This document shows positions 49,500-63,110 of a stretch of DNA of 64,000 nucleotides, one piece after another; within the stretch, counting starts at the first letter, position 1; each line of letters starts with the position of its first letter. Source of the DNA: Octopus sinensis (taxonomy: Eukaryota). The position numbers and the translations under genes are program-made. The stretch is taken from assembly GCF_006345805.1 (NCBI RefSeq), contig NC_043003.1:21390001-21454000 (forward strand). Direction: 5' to 3'. The notes under the pieces are model-generated. The model saw nothing but the letters and a program-made list of their open reading frames with translations, was not told where the DNA came from and did not search any database.

Positions 49500-50500
49500 A
49501 GAAAAGGTTAAAGAGAGAAAAAAAGAGAAATCATAAGATGAAAATCAATGAATATGAAGAAGCAATATGGCCAAGTGTGAAAATGCTGGCTACTTAGGGT
49601 ATCAAAGAGAAAAATCAACAGATATGGAGAAAACATGGGCACTGAACAGTCAGCTGATTATACGTATCATCAACAGGAGGAGAGAGAGAGAGAGTGGAGA
49701 GAGAAATTCAATGAAATAATGGGAACACAGAACAGCAAGCAGAATATAAGGAATGACTTGAAGAAAGGAATTGAGTATGATGAGAAAATACAAAGAATGG
49801 TTGCTTAATTTAAGAAGTGTTCAAAGAGAAAAGGCATTATCAGAGATTATTTGGAGCTTCTATCATACCACAACAGAATTAACAACTTGCAGTTGAACCA
49901 TACAGCATCAGAGAAATGGACAGCACCTTTCTCTTCATTGTTGCTCTTTGTGATTCAGAAATGAACCTCTAAACAATTGCCATAACATTAAAAGTACATT
50001 CCCTCTGCTGCAGTTTTATCCTGATGAGCAAAAACTACTTTTTGATGAGAAACTTAATGATTTCAGGAAAATATCCAGAATTATTACTGTGCAGTTTCTT
50101 GTGTTCCATTTGGTGTAAAAATTGTTTCACCGCAAGAAAAAAAAACTTTATTGTTTTAAAATCTACAGATAGACATGTCATCCTCCTTCTCTGTTCATGG
50201 AAAATTATTACCCAGTATACAGTCAACTTTACATTATTGAAGCTAATGAAGCTTTTACATTACAGAATAGAAGAACCTCAAAATTTAGAATGTTCATCTA
50301 ATGTAACAAACACAATACAAGGAATTATGGTTTTTCACACCTTGTGCATTTAACTCTATGCAAATATGTATTTGGGAGAGCTGTAAGGACAGGCACATAC
50401 AGTTAGGGAAAATACAGTTCCCTATAAATATGAACTGCACTTCAGATGGAGCTCCTAATATCAGGTACAATTTTCCTACAAGTAATGAAGTCCTTCTCCA
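49500..50500 (+). mobile_element. Decayed Helitron Rep N-terminal coding remnant
   Basis: Frameshifted blocks in Helitron order: AVSCVPFGVKIVSPQ, LYCFKIYR*TCH, YPVYSQLYIIEANEA, APNIRYNFPTSNEV (compare PYCFRIHGQ, P.Y.QLYI and RRYNAPTSNEVA). Confidence 0.65.
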
Positions 50501-51273
50501 CCTAGAAAATAGACGTCATTATCATCATCATCATTACCATTTTAATGTCCACCTTTCAGTGTTTTCATGGGTTGGTCAGAGATTATTGAGGTAAATTTTT
50601 CTATGGCCAGATGCCCTTCTTGTTGCCAACCCTCACTTGTTTCCAAGCAAGGTAGTATTTCTTGTGGCCAGACATGTTTTTGCAAACTATTGGAAATGAA
50701 TGACACTGTTTGTCTGACAGTGTCACTCATAACTATCATACAGTGCCAAAACAAGGACACACACACATACATATACACCATAGAGCAAGTTCCTTTCGGT
50801 TTCTGATTACCAAATCCATTCAAAAGGCTTTGGTTAGTCCAGCGCTATAATAGAAGATTCTTGCCCTTCATGCTGAAACCAAAAACCTTGTGGCTGGGAA
50901 ACAAACCCCTTAACCATGTAACCATGCCTGTGCTTATTATAGTTCATAAATCATCCAAGAAAATACATCACCAACAAGGATCTTATATTTATCTTACCAT
51001 CAAACCTCATTGTGTTACTCTCTTGTTACTCAATGGTGAGCTTGGATGACACAATGATACACAGCATGCTGAAGGACAACCAACCATTGTTCAAAATAAG
51101 ACATATATGCAAAAGAGTTCTGCTGCTATCATCTCTCACAGAGGTAGCTTCAGTGTCGTTTATGATTTTTCAACAATAGGTACAGGTGTGGCTGAGTGGT
51201 AATAAGAAAACTTCAGTATTCACTACCTGTATGTATTTTGTCACAAAGGTGATGACAAACCAAGAATCAATCT

Positions 51274-51491
51274 GGCAGGAACGTTAGCACCCTGGCAAAA
51301 TGCTTAATAGTATTTCGTCTGCCGTTATGTTCTGAGTTCAAATTCCGCCGAGGTCAACTTTGCCTTTCATCCTTTCGGGGTCGATAAATTATGTACCAGT
51401 TACGCACTGGAGTCGATCTAATCGACTTAATCCCTTTGTCTGTCCTTGTTTGTCCCCTCTATGTTTAGCCCCTTGTGGGCAATAAAGAAGT
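51274..51491 (+). mobile_element. SINE family B with a 12-bp TSD
   Basis: aagaatcaatct at 51262-51273 and 51492-51503. Confidence 0.9.
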
Positions 51492-51899
51492 AAGAATCAA
51501 TCTCTTTGAATGAGAGCCTTGTGCTTTGTTGGCCCAAGTACAACAGCAACAAAGGAATTGTGTAGCTCTCCAATTCAACCTGTTTCTTTGTCCCACCTTC
51601 AATGTTAAAAACTGAGGACAATATGCTCTAAACCATTCTTCAAATTGTGGAAGAGTATTTCCCTACACATTATCTAGACTACCTCTAATTGTTCTTTTGA
51701 GCATAAGGAATTTTACTTTCTTTTAGTAATGAATAACTCTTAGAGGCCAGTTCCTCTTTTTGCACTTTTGAATGAAAAGATCTGGCAATATGACACCTGT
51801 TTTAGTTACAAACTCTGCCAAACAATTTATATCTTGATTAAGTAGTTCATGGTTAAGATCTGCCTGTCAATGGTTTTTTTTTATTTTATGCGCCCTTTT

Positions 51900-52180
51900 C
51901 AAGCCTAGCCAGGTTCATGGGCCCGGTTTCAATTGCGTATGCGTTTACCCCCAGCTGGATGGGGCACCAGTCCATCACAGCGTTACTCAAGAAACAGGAA
52001 GAGAGAGTGAGAGAAAGTTGGAGCAAAAGAGTACAACAGGGGTTGCCACCACCCCCTGCCAGAGCCTCGTGGAGCTTTAGGTGTTTTCACTCAATAAACA
52101 CAACGCCCGATCTGGGAATCGAAACCGCAATCCTCTGACTGCAAGTTCGCTGCCCTGACCACTGGGCCATTGTGTCTCCA
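51900..52180 (-). mobile_element. SINE family D variant (same head as 43000, different tail)
   Basis: gagcctcgtggagctttaggtgttttcactcaataaac...ccctgaccactgggcc. Confidence 0.7.
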
Positions 52181-52940
52181 GCCTGTCAATGATGGCTTGA
52201 ACAAAGTTAAAACTGCTGTCTTTTGTGCTATTTCCTTTGTTTAACAAGTATGCATGGGTGCATTGTTAACCTCAGATTATATGATGCAAATTTGTGTTTT
52301 TGGATATTAAATTCTGACTGCTTATACTTGAAAATGTATGTTTGTTTTATTATAGTTTTTTCCTGCTTATTTTTTTTTATTTTTATTTTGCTTATCTTTT
52401 TTTGAATTGATTTTTGTAAGTATGAAGATTAAATTACCATTTTCTTTCAGAGAGGCATAGTCAGTGTTACTCCCTTTCTTGTAACTAACTCTCACTGTTC
52501 CGCTAGTGGAAGAAGCCATGTTGAAAACAATTGCAAACAACAAAATTTCAGAAAAGAATTAAAAATGATGTTTAAGATAAGCCTTCAGTCTACCTCAGGT
52601 AACAAGGTAGACATGTTGACATGCTAGCACTTCCTGTTTGTAAAATTGAAAAAATTATTTTCATCCAGTAAAACTCGTTAATAATCCAAAACTTCTTCGA
52701 AAGTTTTAACAATCAAGCACAAAGTCTAATAATAATTCTTTGTTATAAGTTAAATAGAAAAGAAAGAAATGTAGACACAGGAGTTACAGATGTATAGGGA
52801 TGGAAAAAATCATATAAAAAATGTTGTATACAAACCCTTTATATCTTTATATTTTATTCTTTTCAATTATTTATTTAATTTTTCGAAAGATTCATATCGA
52901 AGCAAAAACATTGTTTACCAATTTCTTTCTTTCCTTCCAG

Positions 52941-53113
52941 GTTGCACATTTTGATGAGTGGAAGCAGGGGAGCAACCCATTGAGCCGTCTGTGTCACACA
53001 TGTCAAATTGTCAAACCAATGCGTGCAAAACACTGTAGAATTTGTAACCGCTGTGTCCGAGAATTTGATCACCATTGTCCATACATTTACAACTGTGTGG
53101 GTTATACGAACAG
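52941..53113 (+). CDS. ZDHHC: DHHC palmitoyltransferase exon, catalytic DHHC cysteine-rich domain
   Basis: ttccttccAG / GTaaat. Encodes [57 protein letters not shown](R), with the canonical CxxC-x9-HC-xxCxxC-xxxx-DHHC-x5-C pattern. Confidence 0.97.
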
Positions 53114-53715
53114 GTAAATACTCCACAAGAATTGTCTCAATGCTGTTCTTATTTTTTTTCAGTCTCTATACAGTGGTTTTGTTGTTCTTGTTCTTGTTCT
53201 TATTTTAGTAGTGTTTTTTTCTTTTTGCCCCACTTTAGCTCTGATCAAATCAAATAGACCTAGGAATCAAATGCACTGTTACCTGTATTTGAGATACATT
53301 TACATAACCTAATTTGCCCTTTTATAAGAAGACAAGGTATGATTTGAAGAAAAATCGACTTCTATTTCTAATAGAAACCAGCTAATTGGCTTGTTTTGGA
53401 AGTTTGGGGGGATGATAAGTGCAAAATTGTTTTTCATAATTTCTATTTCTTTACAATGTCAGGGCCAGACAGATGTTTCTTTTTGCAAAATTTCAGATTT
53501 GCATTTTGACAGAGCAAGTGTTTTCCCGATAAGAATCTCTCTCTGCCACTAACCACTAATCACTGTATACACTTTGTAGTATGTCTGTATAGTTTCTGCA
53601 CACTCTATTCTATATTCCCCTTATATATGTATATATGATGATGATTTGGTCAGTAGTTCATATATCCAAACAGAAGCACACTCTGAAACATTAGACCAGT
53701 AATATTTAGAAGGTT

Positions 53716-54370
53716 AAGGCAGCGGGCTGGCAGAAACATTAGCACACCGGGCGAAATGCTAAGTGGTATTTCGTCTGTCTTTATGTTCTGAGTTCAAATT
53801 CCTCCGAAGTCGACTTTGCCTTTCATCCTTTCAGGGTCGATAAATTAAGTACCAGTTGCACACTGGGGTCGATCTAGTCAACTGGGCCCCTCCCCCCAAA
53901 TTTCAGGCCTTGTGCCTAGAGTAGAAAAGAATATTTAGAAGGCAGTGAGCTGGGAGAAATGTTAGCACACCGGCAAAATGCTTAGCAGTATTTCATCTGT
54001 CTTTATGTTTCTGAGTTCAAATTCTGCTAAGGTCGACTTTGCTTTTCATCCTTTCAGGGTCGATAAATTAAGTACCAGTTGCATACTGGGGTTAATCTAG
54101 TCAACTGGGCCCCTCCCCAAAAATTTCAGGCCTTGTGCCTAGAGTAGAAAAGAATATTTAGAAGGTTGTAGTGATATTTAGAAGGCAGTGAGCTGACAGA
54201 AATGTTAGCACACCGGCAAAATGCTTAGCAATATTTCGTCAGTCTTTATGTTCTGAGTTCAAATTCTGCCGAGGTTGACTTTGCCTTTCATCCTTTCAGA
54301 GTCGATAAATTAAGTACCAGTTGCATACTGGGGTCAATCTAATCAACTGGCCCCCTCCTAAAAAATTCAG
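53716..54370 (+). mobile_element. Tandem trimer of SINE family B
   Basis: Three head-to-tail copies, each preceded by atatttagaagg. Confidence 0.9.
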
Positions 54371-54475
54371 GGCCTTTCGACTTGATCAAAGGATGTCAAT
54401 ATTGAAAGAAAACTGCTTAAAACAAACACACTTTCTGCTCTTTCACTAATTCCTTGGTCTGTCTTCTAATTTCAG

Positions 54476-54641
54476 GGTTTGGTTTTTTGGTTTTGCCAGT
54501 TCCATTGCACTGATGTGTGCCATAACCGATTACTTGTGTTACTACATGCTTAAATATCATGAATGGAATTGGCTTGTTGTCATTGGCTTCTGTCAATCTG
54601 GTATCTTTACGTTTGTTGCTGGAGTCATCCCCGTCATGACA
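54476..54641 (+). CDS. ZDHHC: DHHC palmitoyltransferase exon (TM3-TM4)
   Basis: gtcttctaatttcAG / GTaagt. The first base completes the AG|G Arg codon; encodes (R)VWFFGFASSIALMCAITDYLCYYMLKYHEWNWLVVIGFCQSGIFTFVAGVIPVMT. Confidence 0.92.
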
Positions 54642-54659
54642 GTAAGTACTTCACATATC

Positions 54660-54712
<53 letters not shown>

Positions 54713-54774
54713 TCTCTCTTTCTTCCTCTCTCTATGTATATGTGTGTGTGTGTGTATATATATATATTACTCTC

Positions 54775-54985
54775 TCTCTTTTACTTTTACTTGTTTCAGT
54801 CATTTGACTGTGGCCATGCTGCAGCACTGCCTTTAGTCGAGCAATTCGACCCCAGGACTTATTCTTTGTAAGCCTAGTACTTATTCTATCGGTCTCTTTT
54901 GCCGAGCCGCTAAGTTACGGGGACATAAACACACCAACATCGGTTGTCAGGCAATGGTGGGGAGGACAAACACAGACACACAAAC

Positions 54986-55035
<50 letters not shown>

Positions 55036-55200
55036 CATATATATGACGGGTTTCTTTCAGTTTCCGTCTACCAAATCCACTCACAAGGCTTTGGTCAGCC
55101 CAAGGCTATAGTAGAAGACACTTGCCCAAGGTGCCATGCAGTGGGATTGAACCCGGAACCATGTGGTTCATAAGCAAGCTACTTACCACACACCCACTCA
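54775..55200 (-). mobile_element. SINE family A (young copy) in the last ZDHHC intron
   Basis: Same blocks with many CpGs retained. Confidence 0.85.
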
Positions 55201-55460
55201 TACATCTATATATATATATATATAAAATACAAAATGGGACAAGAACGCAAAACATCCAGAAGACGATACAAAAAACACGGACTGGTCATTTGGAGCCTTT
55301 AATCTTCAGTCAAGAACTGGATCATCCAAGCAATTTCGGCTGATTAATTTTTGTATATTTCTATATATGTTTTGTATATATATTTTATATATTTATGAAT
55401 TTTTGTATATTTCTTTAATTTCATTTTTTTTTCTTTTCCTTTTCTGTAATTTTTCTTCAG

Positions 55461-55655
55461 ATAATCCATGCTGCTATGAACCTAACCACCAACGAAAGAA
55501 TAAACTACCGGCGCTGTTACTACCTTAAAGATGGCAAGGGTAATTTCTACAACCCGTACAACCAGGGATTAAAAAACAATATTCTAGAATTTCTTCATTT
55601 AAGACATCCACAGCGTCTGCAGGACCTGGAAATTCTGAATATGGATATTGTATGA
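55461..55655 (+). CDS. ZDHHC: DHHC palmitoyltransferase terminal coding exon (TTxE and NPY motifs, stop)
   Basis: ttttcttcAG acceptor. Encodes IIHAAMNLTTNERINYRRCYYLKDGKGNFYNPYNQGLKNNILEFLHLRHPQRLQDLEILNMDIV*, with TGA at 55653-55655. Confidence 0.93.
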   Translation: MIHAAMNLTTNERINYRRCYYLKDGKGNFYNPYNQGLKNNILEFLHLRHPQRLQDLEILNMDIV

Positions 55656-55683
55656 ATGTGCTGTGATGTACACTGCAAAGTAT

Positions 55684-55689
55684 AATAAA
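55684..55689 (+). terminator. Candidate polyadenylation signal of the ZDHHC gene
   Basis: AATAAA about 30 nt after the stop codon; another at 56204-56209. Usage unknown. Confidence 0.35.
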
Positions 55690-56514
55690 TGCGTGGATGT
55701 GTGTGTGTGAGTATGTATGTGTGCGTGTGTGCATGTGCAATGTTCCAGTGGATTTATATGTAGCCATGGGTACCTCTTACATTCACATATAAGCCTACTT
55801 ACATGTCCCTGGATGTTCTGCGTTTACTATGGTTCCAACTTTCTGATTGCAAATTAAATATCTTATATATCACTTGGTACGTCCGTGATCAAGTATATGA
55901 AAGTACAGCCGGAGTTACAAAACAGAAGTGAGTTTGTATGCATAAGAATAAAATATATATACATACATATATATATATATATTTATATATACATGTCTGT
56001 GGAAGCAGTCGCTCTGTCCTTCATACATTTGTATTGGATAGGTGGGGAGGAACAACAAAAACACTAATCGTTTTGTTGTGTCTTTATTACATGATGTTGT
56101 AGTGGTATGTAATAGGTAAAGACCGCAGAGGTCACAGCTTTACAGTACTACCTCATGTCAGTAGTAGAAAAGATTGCCTACAGAAACTTCGGGTTGTTTC
56201 TGTAATAAATCGTTGCTTGAATTTTCACTATTGTCGCTACAAATATCCACCTGATGATGCTAATAGTGATAGTCATAACAATTTACCTTCCCTCCAGCTC
56301 TTGCACTATGTTGTATATTATGACAATTCACTTGCTGGGAACTATGACAAATTACAAATTCGGAGATGCAAAGTATTTTTCATTTAGTTGGGTACATTGA
56401 TTTAACATGAAAATTTTTCCTGTATGTCTTTGCAAATATTTTGGAAGGATGTTTTAAGCATCTGAAAGAGTTAATCACAAATTATTATTATTGTCCATCA
56501 ACGTTTTAATTTAA

Positions 56515-56735
56515 CCCTTCAGCATTCAAATTACTCTGTCAAATGTAATGCTTATTTATACACATCGTTTTGAAATAATCATGCATTATCTCATAGCTTC
56601 AAAATTTTAACGGCGTGATTGTTTATTTTCAGAATGACATTGTAGGGTATGTGTGAGAGGCCAAATTCGGCCAGTTTGAACATGACACAAGGTAGAATAT
56701 TTGGGCCAGATATGGTCAGTTTAAATGTGAAAGGG
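56515..56735. mobile_element. piggyBac-type MITE family A, intact copy
   Basis: TTAA|cccttcagcatt ... aatgtgaaaggg|TTAA. Confidence 0.85.
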
Positions 56736-57155
56736 TTAAGTGATCTTAAGTAGATGAAAATTATTTTTCTTTATTGGATTCGAATTTCAGTTACATTCAT
56801 CTGGTCTCTTTTCTTTTTTTTTTACTTCCTGCAATGAATTGTCTTAAAACAAATATAATCATATTACTGACAATGTCTCCCCCTCCCCTCCGATGTATAT
56901 CCTGAGCCTTGATTTGTTTAATTGCTGTTAATCACATTTTTTTTTTTTCAAAAATAAAAACAAGGATGTTTCTCGCTATTTAGACAAAAAATAAATATCA
57001 GGAACTCTGAGCAGCTAACAGCATTTTCAGTATTATAATTTATAATTTGTTTTCACCCCACCTCATTATTTTTTAATATGCTATCAGAGCAACTGCACCC
57101 ATATATATGTATATATATATACATATACATATGTATATATATACATGCATATATA

Positions 57156-57205
<50 letters not shown>

Positions 57206-57884
57206 GTATGTATGTATGTATGTATATATATATTTATAAAATTATTTATATATATACTGTAATTCATTACGTATCATGTGAATGTTGACTGAAGTTAAAA
57301 TTATGCATTTATACATGCACTGTATGCAAAGCAAGATAAAAACAAGCAAAAAATAAACAACATATATATATATATATATAATTATATGTATATATGTATA
57401 AGTTACTAAAGTGTGGAAATAGCATCTTTTTAGCTTTTCATTTTGGATACAATTTTTTTAAATAGAAGCAATCTACTTCTCCCACCTTTTAAGTGAGGTC
57501 TTGAGGTGAACGAGATAATGTCAAACAATCAGGTTATAAACTTGATCAATAAAGGTCTACACGTATCTCAACATGATATTTGTCAATTGTTTCAATGGAA
57601 ATCACGGTCCAGTCCAGTCATGACGGTAAGCGAGTTTCAGTGCTAATCTCCAGAAGAGTTGGATGGAACAGAGGTAGAACTCGGTGCCTGTCTGCAAATG
57701 ATAATGGCAGACAGACAGAAGTGGTGCATTATTTTTATTTCTCTCATTTCATTTTTAGCCATCATAGCTAAGTCTATGCTGGACTTCATTACCTTTGTCT
57801 ATTTAATTTTTTAACATCATCTTTGAAGAATGTTATGACAAGAAGTTTCTGCCAAACCAATTCTTTGATTCATTCTTATAATTA

Positions 57885-58784
<900 letters not shown>

Positions 58785-58785
<1 letters not shown>

Positions 58786-59000
58786 CTAAAGTGGCAAGCT
58801 GAGAGGCTTGTTACTGCATGCATAAGAGATGCATAATGGCTTTTCTTCCAGCTCTTTATGTTCCGAATTCAACACCACTGTTGACTTTGCCTTTCATCTT
58901 TTCAGGAAGGATAAAATAAGTACCAGTTATGCACTGGGGTCGATGTAATCAACTAACCCTCCTCCCTAAAATTGCTGACCTACCAAAATTTGGAACCGCT
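58785..59000 (+). mobile_element. SINE family B (older copy)
   Basis: gactttgcctttcatcttttcagg...gtaccagttatgcactggggtcga; another copy at about 59340-59560. Confidence 0.7.
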
Positions 59001-59594
59001 ATTTTGATAGTTTCATGCAAGTTTCTATTGTAGTGCCTGGTGCCCGCCTCTGTGTTCCTGCGGCATGCACAGCATTGTATGTTATTTTTGTAAGACCTGG
59101 AGGAGTGTAGACTCCTTGTTAATGTACTGCATCATTTTATTTTGCTATGGCAGTTTGGCCTGTTGTTTTTTGTGTTATGTTGGCATTTGTTTTGTTGTGT
59201 CTGGTGTGTGTAATGTAAGCTGTGTTATTTTATTGAATATTAATCCTGTAAAATATATGTTGCGTGAGTTGTGTCATTCTATTCTATTAGGTTCTAATTA
59301 CATGTATGAAGATTATTTTATCATTATTATTATTAAGCAAGGAGCTACCAGAATCTTTAGAGTATCAGAAAAAGCACCTTTGGCATTCATTCCAACCCTT
59401 TACAATCTGAGTTCAATTTCTGCAGAGTTCAACTTAGCCTTTCATCCTTCCAGGATCAATAAAATAAAGTACCAGTCAAGTACTGGGGTTGATGTACTCA
59501 ATTAATTCCACCTTCTAAAGTCGTTGGTCTTGTGCCAAAATCTGAAATAATTTTGGTGGCTTTTTCTTATTCTGTGCTTTCTCACTGTATTATT

Positions 59595-59995
59595 AAGTGC
59601 AGCTCCGTGCACCTAGTGCACGTGCAGTGTTTTGTTTTAGTTTTCTATTTCTTGTCTTATTATACATATTTGTAAGTCCTCAGGTTTTGGTTAAGTGTTT
59701 GCCTTACATCTCTTTTAAAATCATTCCAAAGACTCCCATTATCATAGAGATTGTTTCTGTTCTCAGTTCCCACATTCTGGCTATCTCTATTTCCAGATCT
59801 TTGAATTTGTTTAATTTGTTGATTTCTTTTAGAAATACATTCTCTATTGTGACTAAAACTTCATTTGGAAAACATGTCTTTCCTCTAACCCTTTAACAAC
59901 AATATCTGGCATATTTGCCTTGATCTCTCTCTCTCTCTCTCTCTCTCTTTCTCCCCCCCCCCCTCTCTCTCTGTGGATTGGCACATCCCAGAGAT
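59595..59995 (-). mobile_element. Second R4/Dong RLE fragment
   Basis: LWDVPIH...KTCF...KLNKFKDLEIEIARMWELRTETISMIMGVFGM; bordered by TAA repeats and interrupted by a GA run. Confidence 0.7.
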
Positions 59996-61756
59996 TTTAT
60001 TATTATTATTATTATCAATAAAAATTATTACTACTACTAACTAAAATAAACTACTTCCCTCCTGCCATACTGAAAAATCTTCAGTATATCTTTTGCTGTA
60101 TGTGTGTATATATGTGTGTGTGTGTATATATATATGTATATACATATATACATTTGACTATCCACGTAGCAATTTATTCAGTGGTAAATATGCTTTTATA
60201 TGTCTATTATATATATGCATGTATGTATATGCCATAAACATGTACATGTTAACAATTTCAGCTTATTAATTTCTGTACATTTGTCTGAATCTGTAAATGT
60301 GTGCGTTCATATATAAATACATATATATTTGTGTGCTTGTGTGCGTTTATAAGTATTCATGTATATATGTGTTAGTATATATGTGTGTGTGTGTGTTTTT
60401 ATGTATCTGTGTATAAATCGTTATGTACATGAAACAAATCTCTACCAATTGACAACATCTCATCTCTATCATTTTTTTTTTAAAAGTCCTTTTTCTTATA
60501 AAATGGGTTCAATTTTTATTTTGTCTCTTTTAAAACAAAGACATTGTATTCCCTCATTTGTGACCCCAGAAAGGCTTTCATTCATTTAGAAAAATAGAAA
60601 TACATATGACAAAAAGAAGAAAAAAATTGGTGTGAGATATACAGTAAAAATTGCAGAATTATATTCTTCAATCCTCCAATGATTATGAAAAAGAGCAAGA
60701 ATAATTAATATAATGGAATCAAGAAGATTAATTGCAAATCTTTGTTAAGAAAAGAAAAAAATTATCTTATTTATATTAAAACATTTTTTTAATCAAGGTT
60801 CAAATATGAAGTCTATGGAGTTTTCCAAATGTTTTTTTCACAGTTTCTGTGGGAACAAGGCATTTTTGTCAATTTTGAAACAATATACAGCTTTTACCGG
60901 AATATAAGATGATCCATCTTTGTACAAAGTATTTCTGAAGAGAAAAAGGACATCTTAGATACTGTTTCAACTTCAGTTATTCGAGCAAATACTCAAAAAC
61001 CAAAAGATGCATTTTATAAATTGGCAAATGTGGCACTTACCAAATGTTAGACATATATATATAAATATATATACATGCATGTATGTATATGTATAGATAC
61101 TTATATGTGTAAATATACATATTTATATATGTGTGTGTGTATGTATATATGTGTGTGTGTACATGTGTATATATATGTTTTTTCGTAACTGCAATATTTC
61201 ATTGTAATTATATCTGTAACGAAAGGCATAAAACAAACACAGAAATGAAATTTTTTTTTTTTTAATACTTTGAACAAAGACATACACACAAATGTATGGA
61301 TGCACACACATACACACACACATTGAAACTTCAGTGTCTGACAGCAGAAACATAATTTTAGAAAGATTTAACCAGTTTTAAAACATAAACAAATGTCTTT
61401 TATCATTTGTTTTTGTCTGTTGCATATTTTCATTGGTTTGATTTTCTTTTTTTTTTTTTTGCATTTGTTTTTGTTTCTCCATATATTTTGTGGTTTTAAT
61501 TTCCTTGACTATATTCCCCCTACCCCCTACCCCCCACTCCATTGCCATCTTTGATCTTGCTTTCAACTTATCTACTGCTTGTCAATGACCTTGCCCAGAC
61601 AGAATCTACCTATTTGTCTATAAATACACACTCACACATACACACACACACACTTATATTTTTATTATATACAAAATTTTAACAGATTTTCTTTTTACAT
61701 TTTTCATGTATGTAACATATGTGTGAGTGTGTGATATATATAGATATACACATACA

Positions 61757-61798
<42 letters not shown>

Positions 61799-61946
61799 TT
61801 TGATTTGTATAGATCTCTAATCTTTTTTCAACCTATATATATATATATTATATATATATATATAATATATATATATAAGAATTTTTTGCGTAATAAGATA
61901 AAAAAAACCAAGGCTGTATAGATATTAGAGCATTTATAGACAAAAG

Positions 61947-61998
61947 GTCTTACAGCTGTTTCTAGGATATTAATTAATAATATCCCTTCATCGGAGAC
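61947..61998 (-). ncRNA. Minimal type I hammerhead-ribozyme-like motif (Penelope-type repeat), with core lesions
   Basis: Minus strand: GUCU-CCGAUGA-A-GGGAUAUUA uuaau UAAUAUCCU-A-GAAA-CAGCUG-UA-AGAC. Stem I, stem II, palindromic stem III ACAGCUGU and a GUA triplet are all present; U4 is changed to C. Confidence 0.6.
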
Positions 61999-62779
61999 GG
62001 TGTGAGAGGAAAAATTAAGTCATAGTTAGTTTCAATGTGATATATATGTATGTATATATATATATATATATATATTTATATGTGTGTTTATGTATGTATA
62101 TGTATTTATGGTGGCACAGAAATAGCCAAGTGGTTAAGAAATCCACTTTACAATCATGATGTCCTAGGTTCAGTTCTGCTTATTTTTTGCTTTTTCTTTT
62201 GGTATCTTTTTCAAAAGCTTCAAATCCACTAAATTTTTGTGAGTAAAACTGGGTGGAATAAAACTGTGGAAACGTGTCTGATAAACAGAACTTATAATTT
62301 AAATGGCTTGGCCTCTTCTCACATAACTGCATCCAACTGATTCTGCCTGTGAATTATATTATGGTTATTACACATACCTATGAGATACTCAGCCACTTAA
62401 ATACTAATACAATGAGTAGGCAGTCTTGTTGCTTAAGCAGCTGAAAGATTTATCATTGAAACCAACAAAGGATCCATTGTACATATGCACAAACATGCCT
62501 GTGTGCACATGCATGTGGATGCATGTATGGATTCATAGATACCATCATCATAGTTCGGACATCCACTTTTCTATATTTGCTTCGGTCATATGGAATTCAG
62601 TGAAGTGAATATTCCATGGCCAGATGCCTTTCCTGTCCCCAACCCTCACTTCTTTCTCAGAAGGCTGGAAATGAATGACACTGCTTGTATGACAGTGACA
62701 CTTGTTTACAACTATGTGTATTGTCTGTATTGTCAAGACAAGGAAACTCAAACACACACACACACCGATATATGCACCT

Positions 62780-63110
62780 ATATTGTGAAGGTACATGGCT
62801 AAATGGTTAGTGTATTCACCTCACAATCGTACGGTCATGAGTTCAGTTCCTTGTTGCATGTTGTGTCCTTGAACAATACACTTTATTTCACATTGGTCCA
62901 GTTCACCCAGCTGGTAAAAACGAGTTGTACCTATATAGTTCAAAGAGCCAGACTTGTCACATCACATGTCATGCTGAATCTCCCTAAGAACTGCATTAAG
63001 GGTGGACATGACTGGTGCTCTGCCACTTTCACATTGATATCATGAGCAGGCTGTTCCATTGATGACAAGATCAACTGGAATCTTCATTGTCATAACCGAT
63101 GGAGTGCCAT
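62780..63110 (+). mobile_element. SINE family D variant
   Basis: ggctaaatggttagtg...gttcagttcc; tail ctgttccattgatgacaagatcaactggaa. Confidence 0.6.

Noticed and set aside
51540-51870. Protein-like minus-strand frame ADLNHELLNQDINCLAEFVTKTG
   Set aside because: No usable acceptor, interrupted by stops, no family recognised.
53701-54370. Regularly spaced atatttagaagg repeats as a CRISPR array
   Set aside because: Eukaryotic context; the spacers are near-identical SINE copies and no cas genes are present.
55225-55355. CUGAAGA and GAAA on the minus strand as another hammerhead
   Set aside because: The boxes are in the wrong order or lack stem II and a palindromic stem III. It may be a Penelope-type remnant, but no ribozyme can be drawn.
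56179-56204. tacagaaac/gtttctgta hairpin in the putative 3' UTR
   Set aside because: A 9-bp AT-rich stem is expected by chance, and it matches no known element.
57540-57700. Minus-strand frame with an in-frame TGA (RLPS*LDWTVIS) as a selenoprotein exon
   Set aside because: No redox motif, no SECIS seen and no homology recognised.
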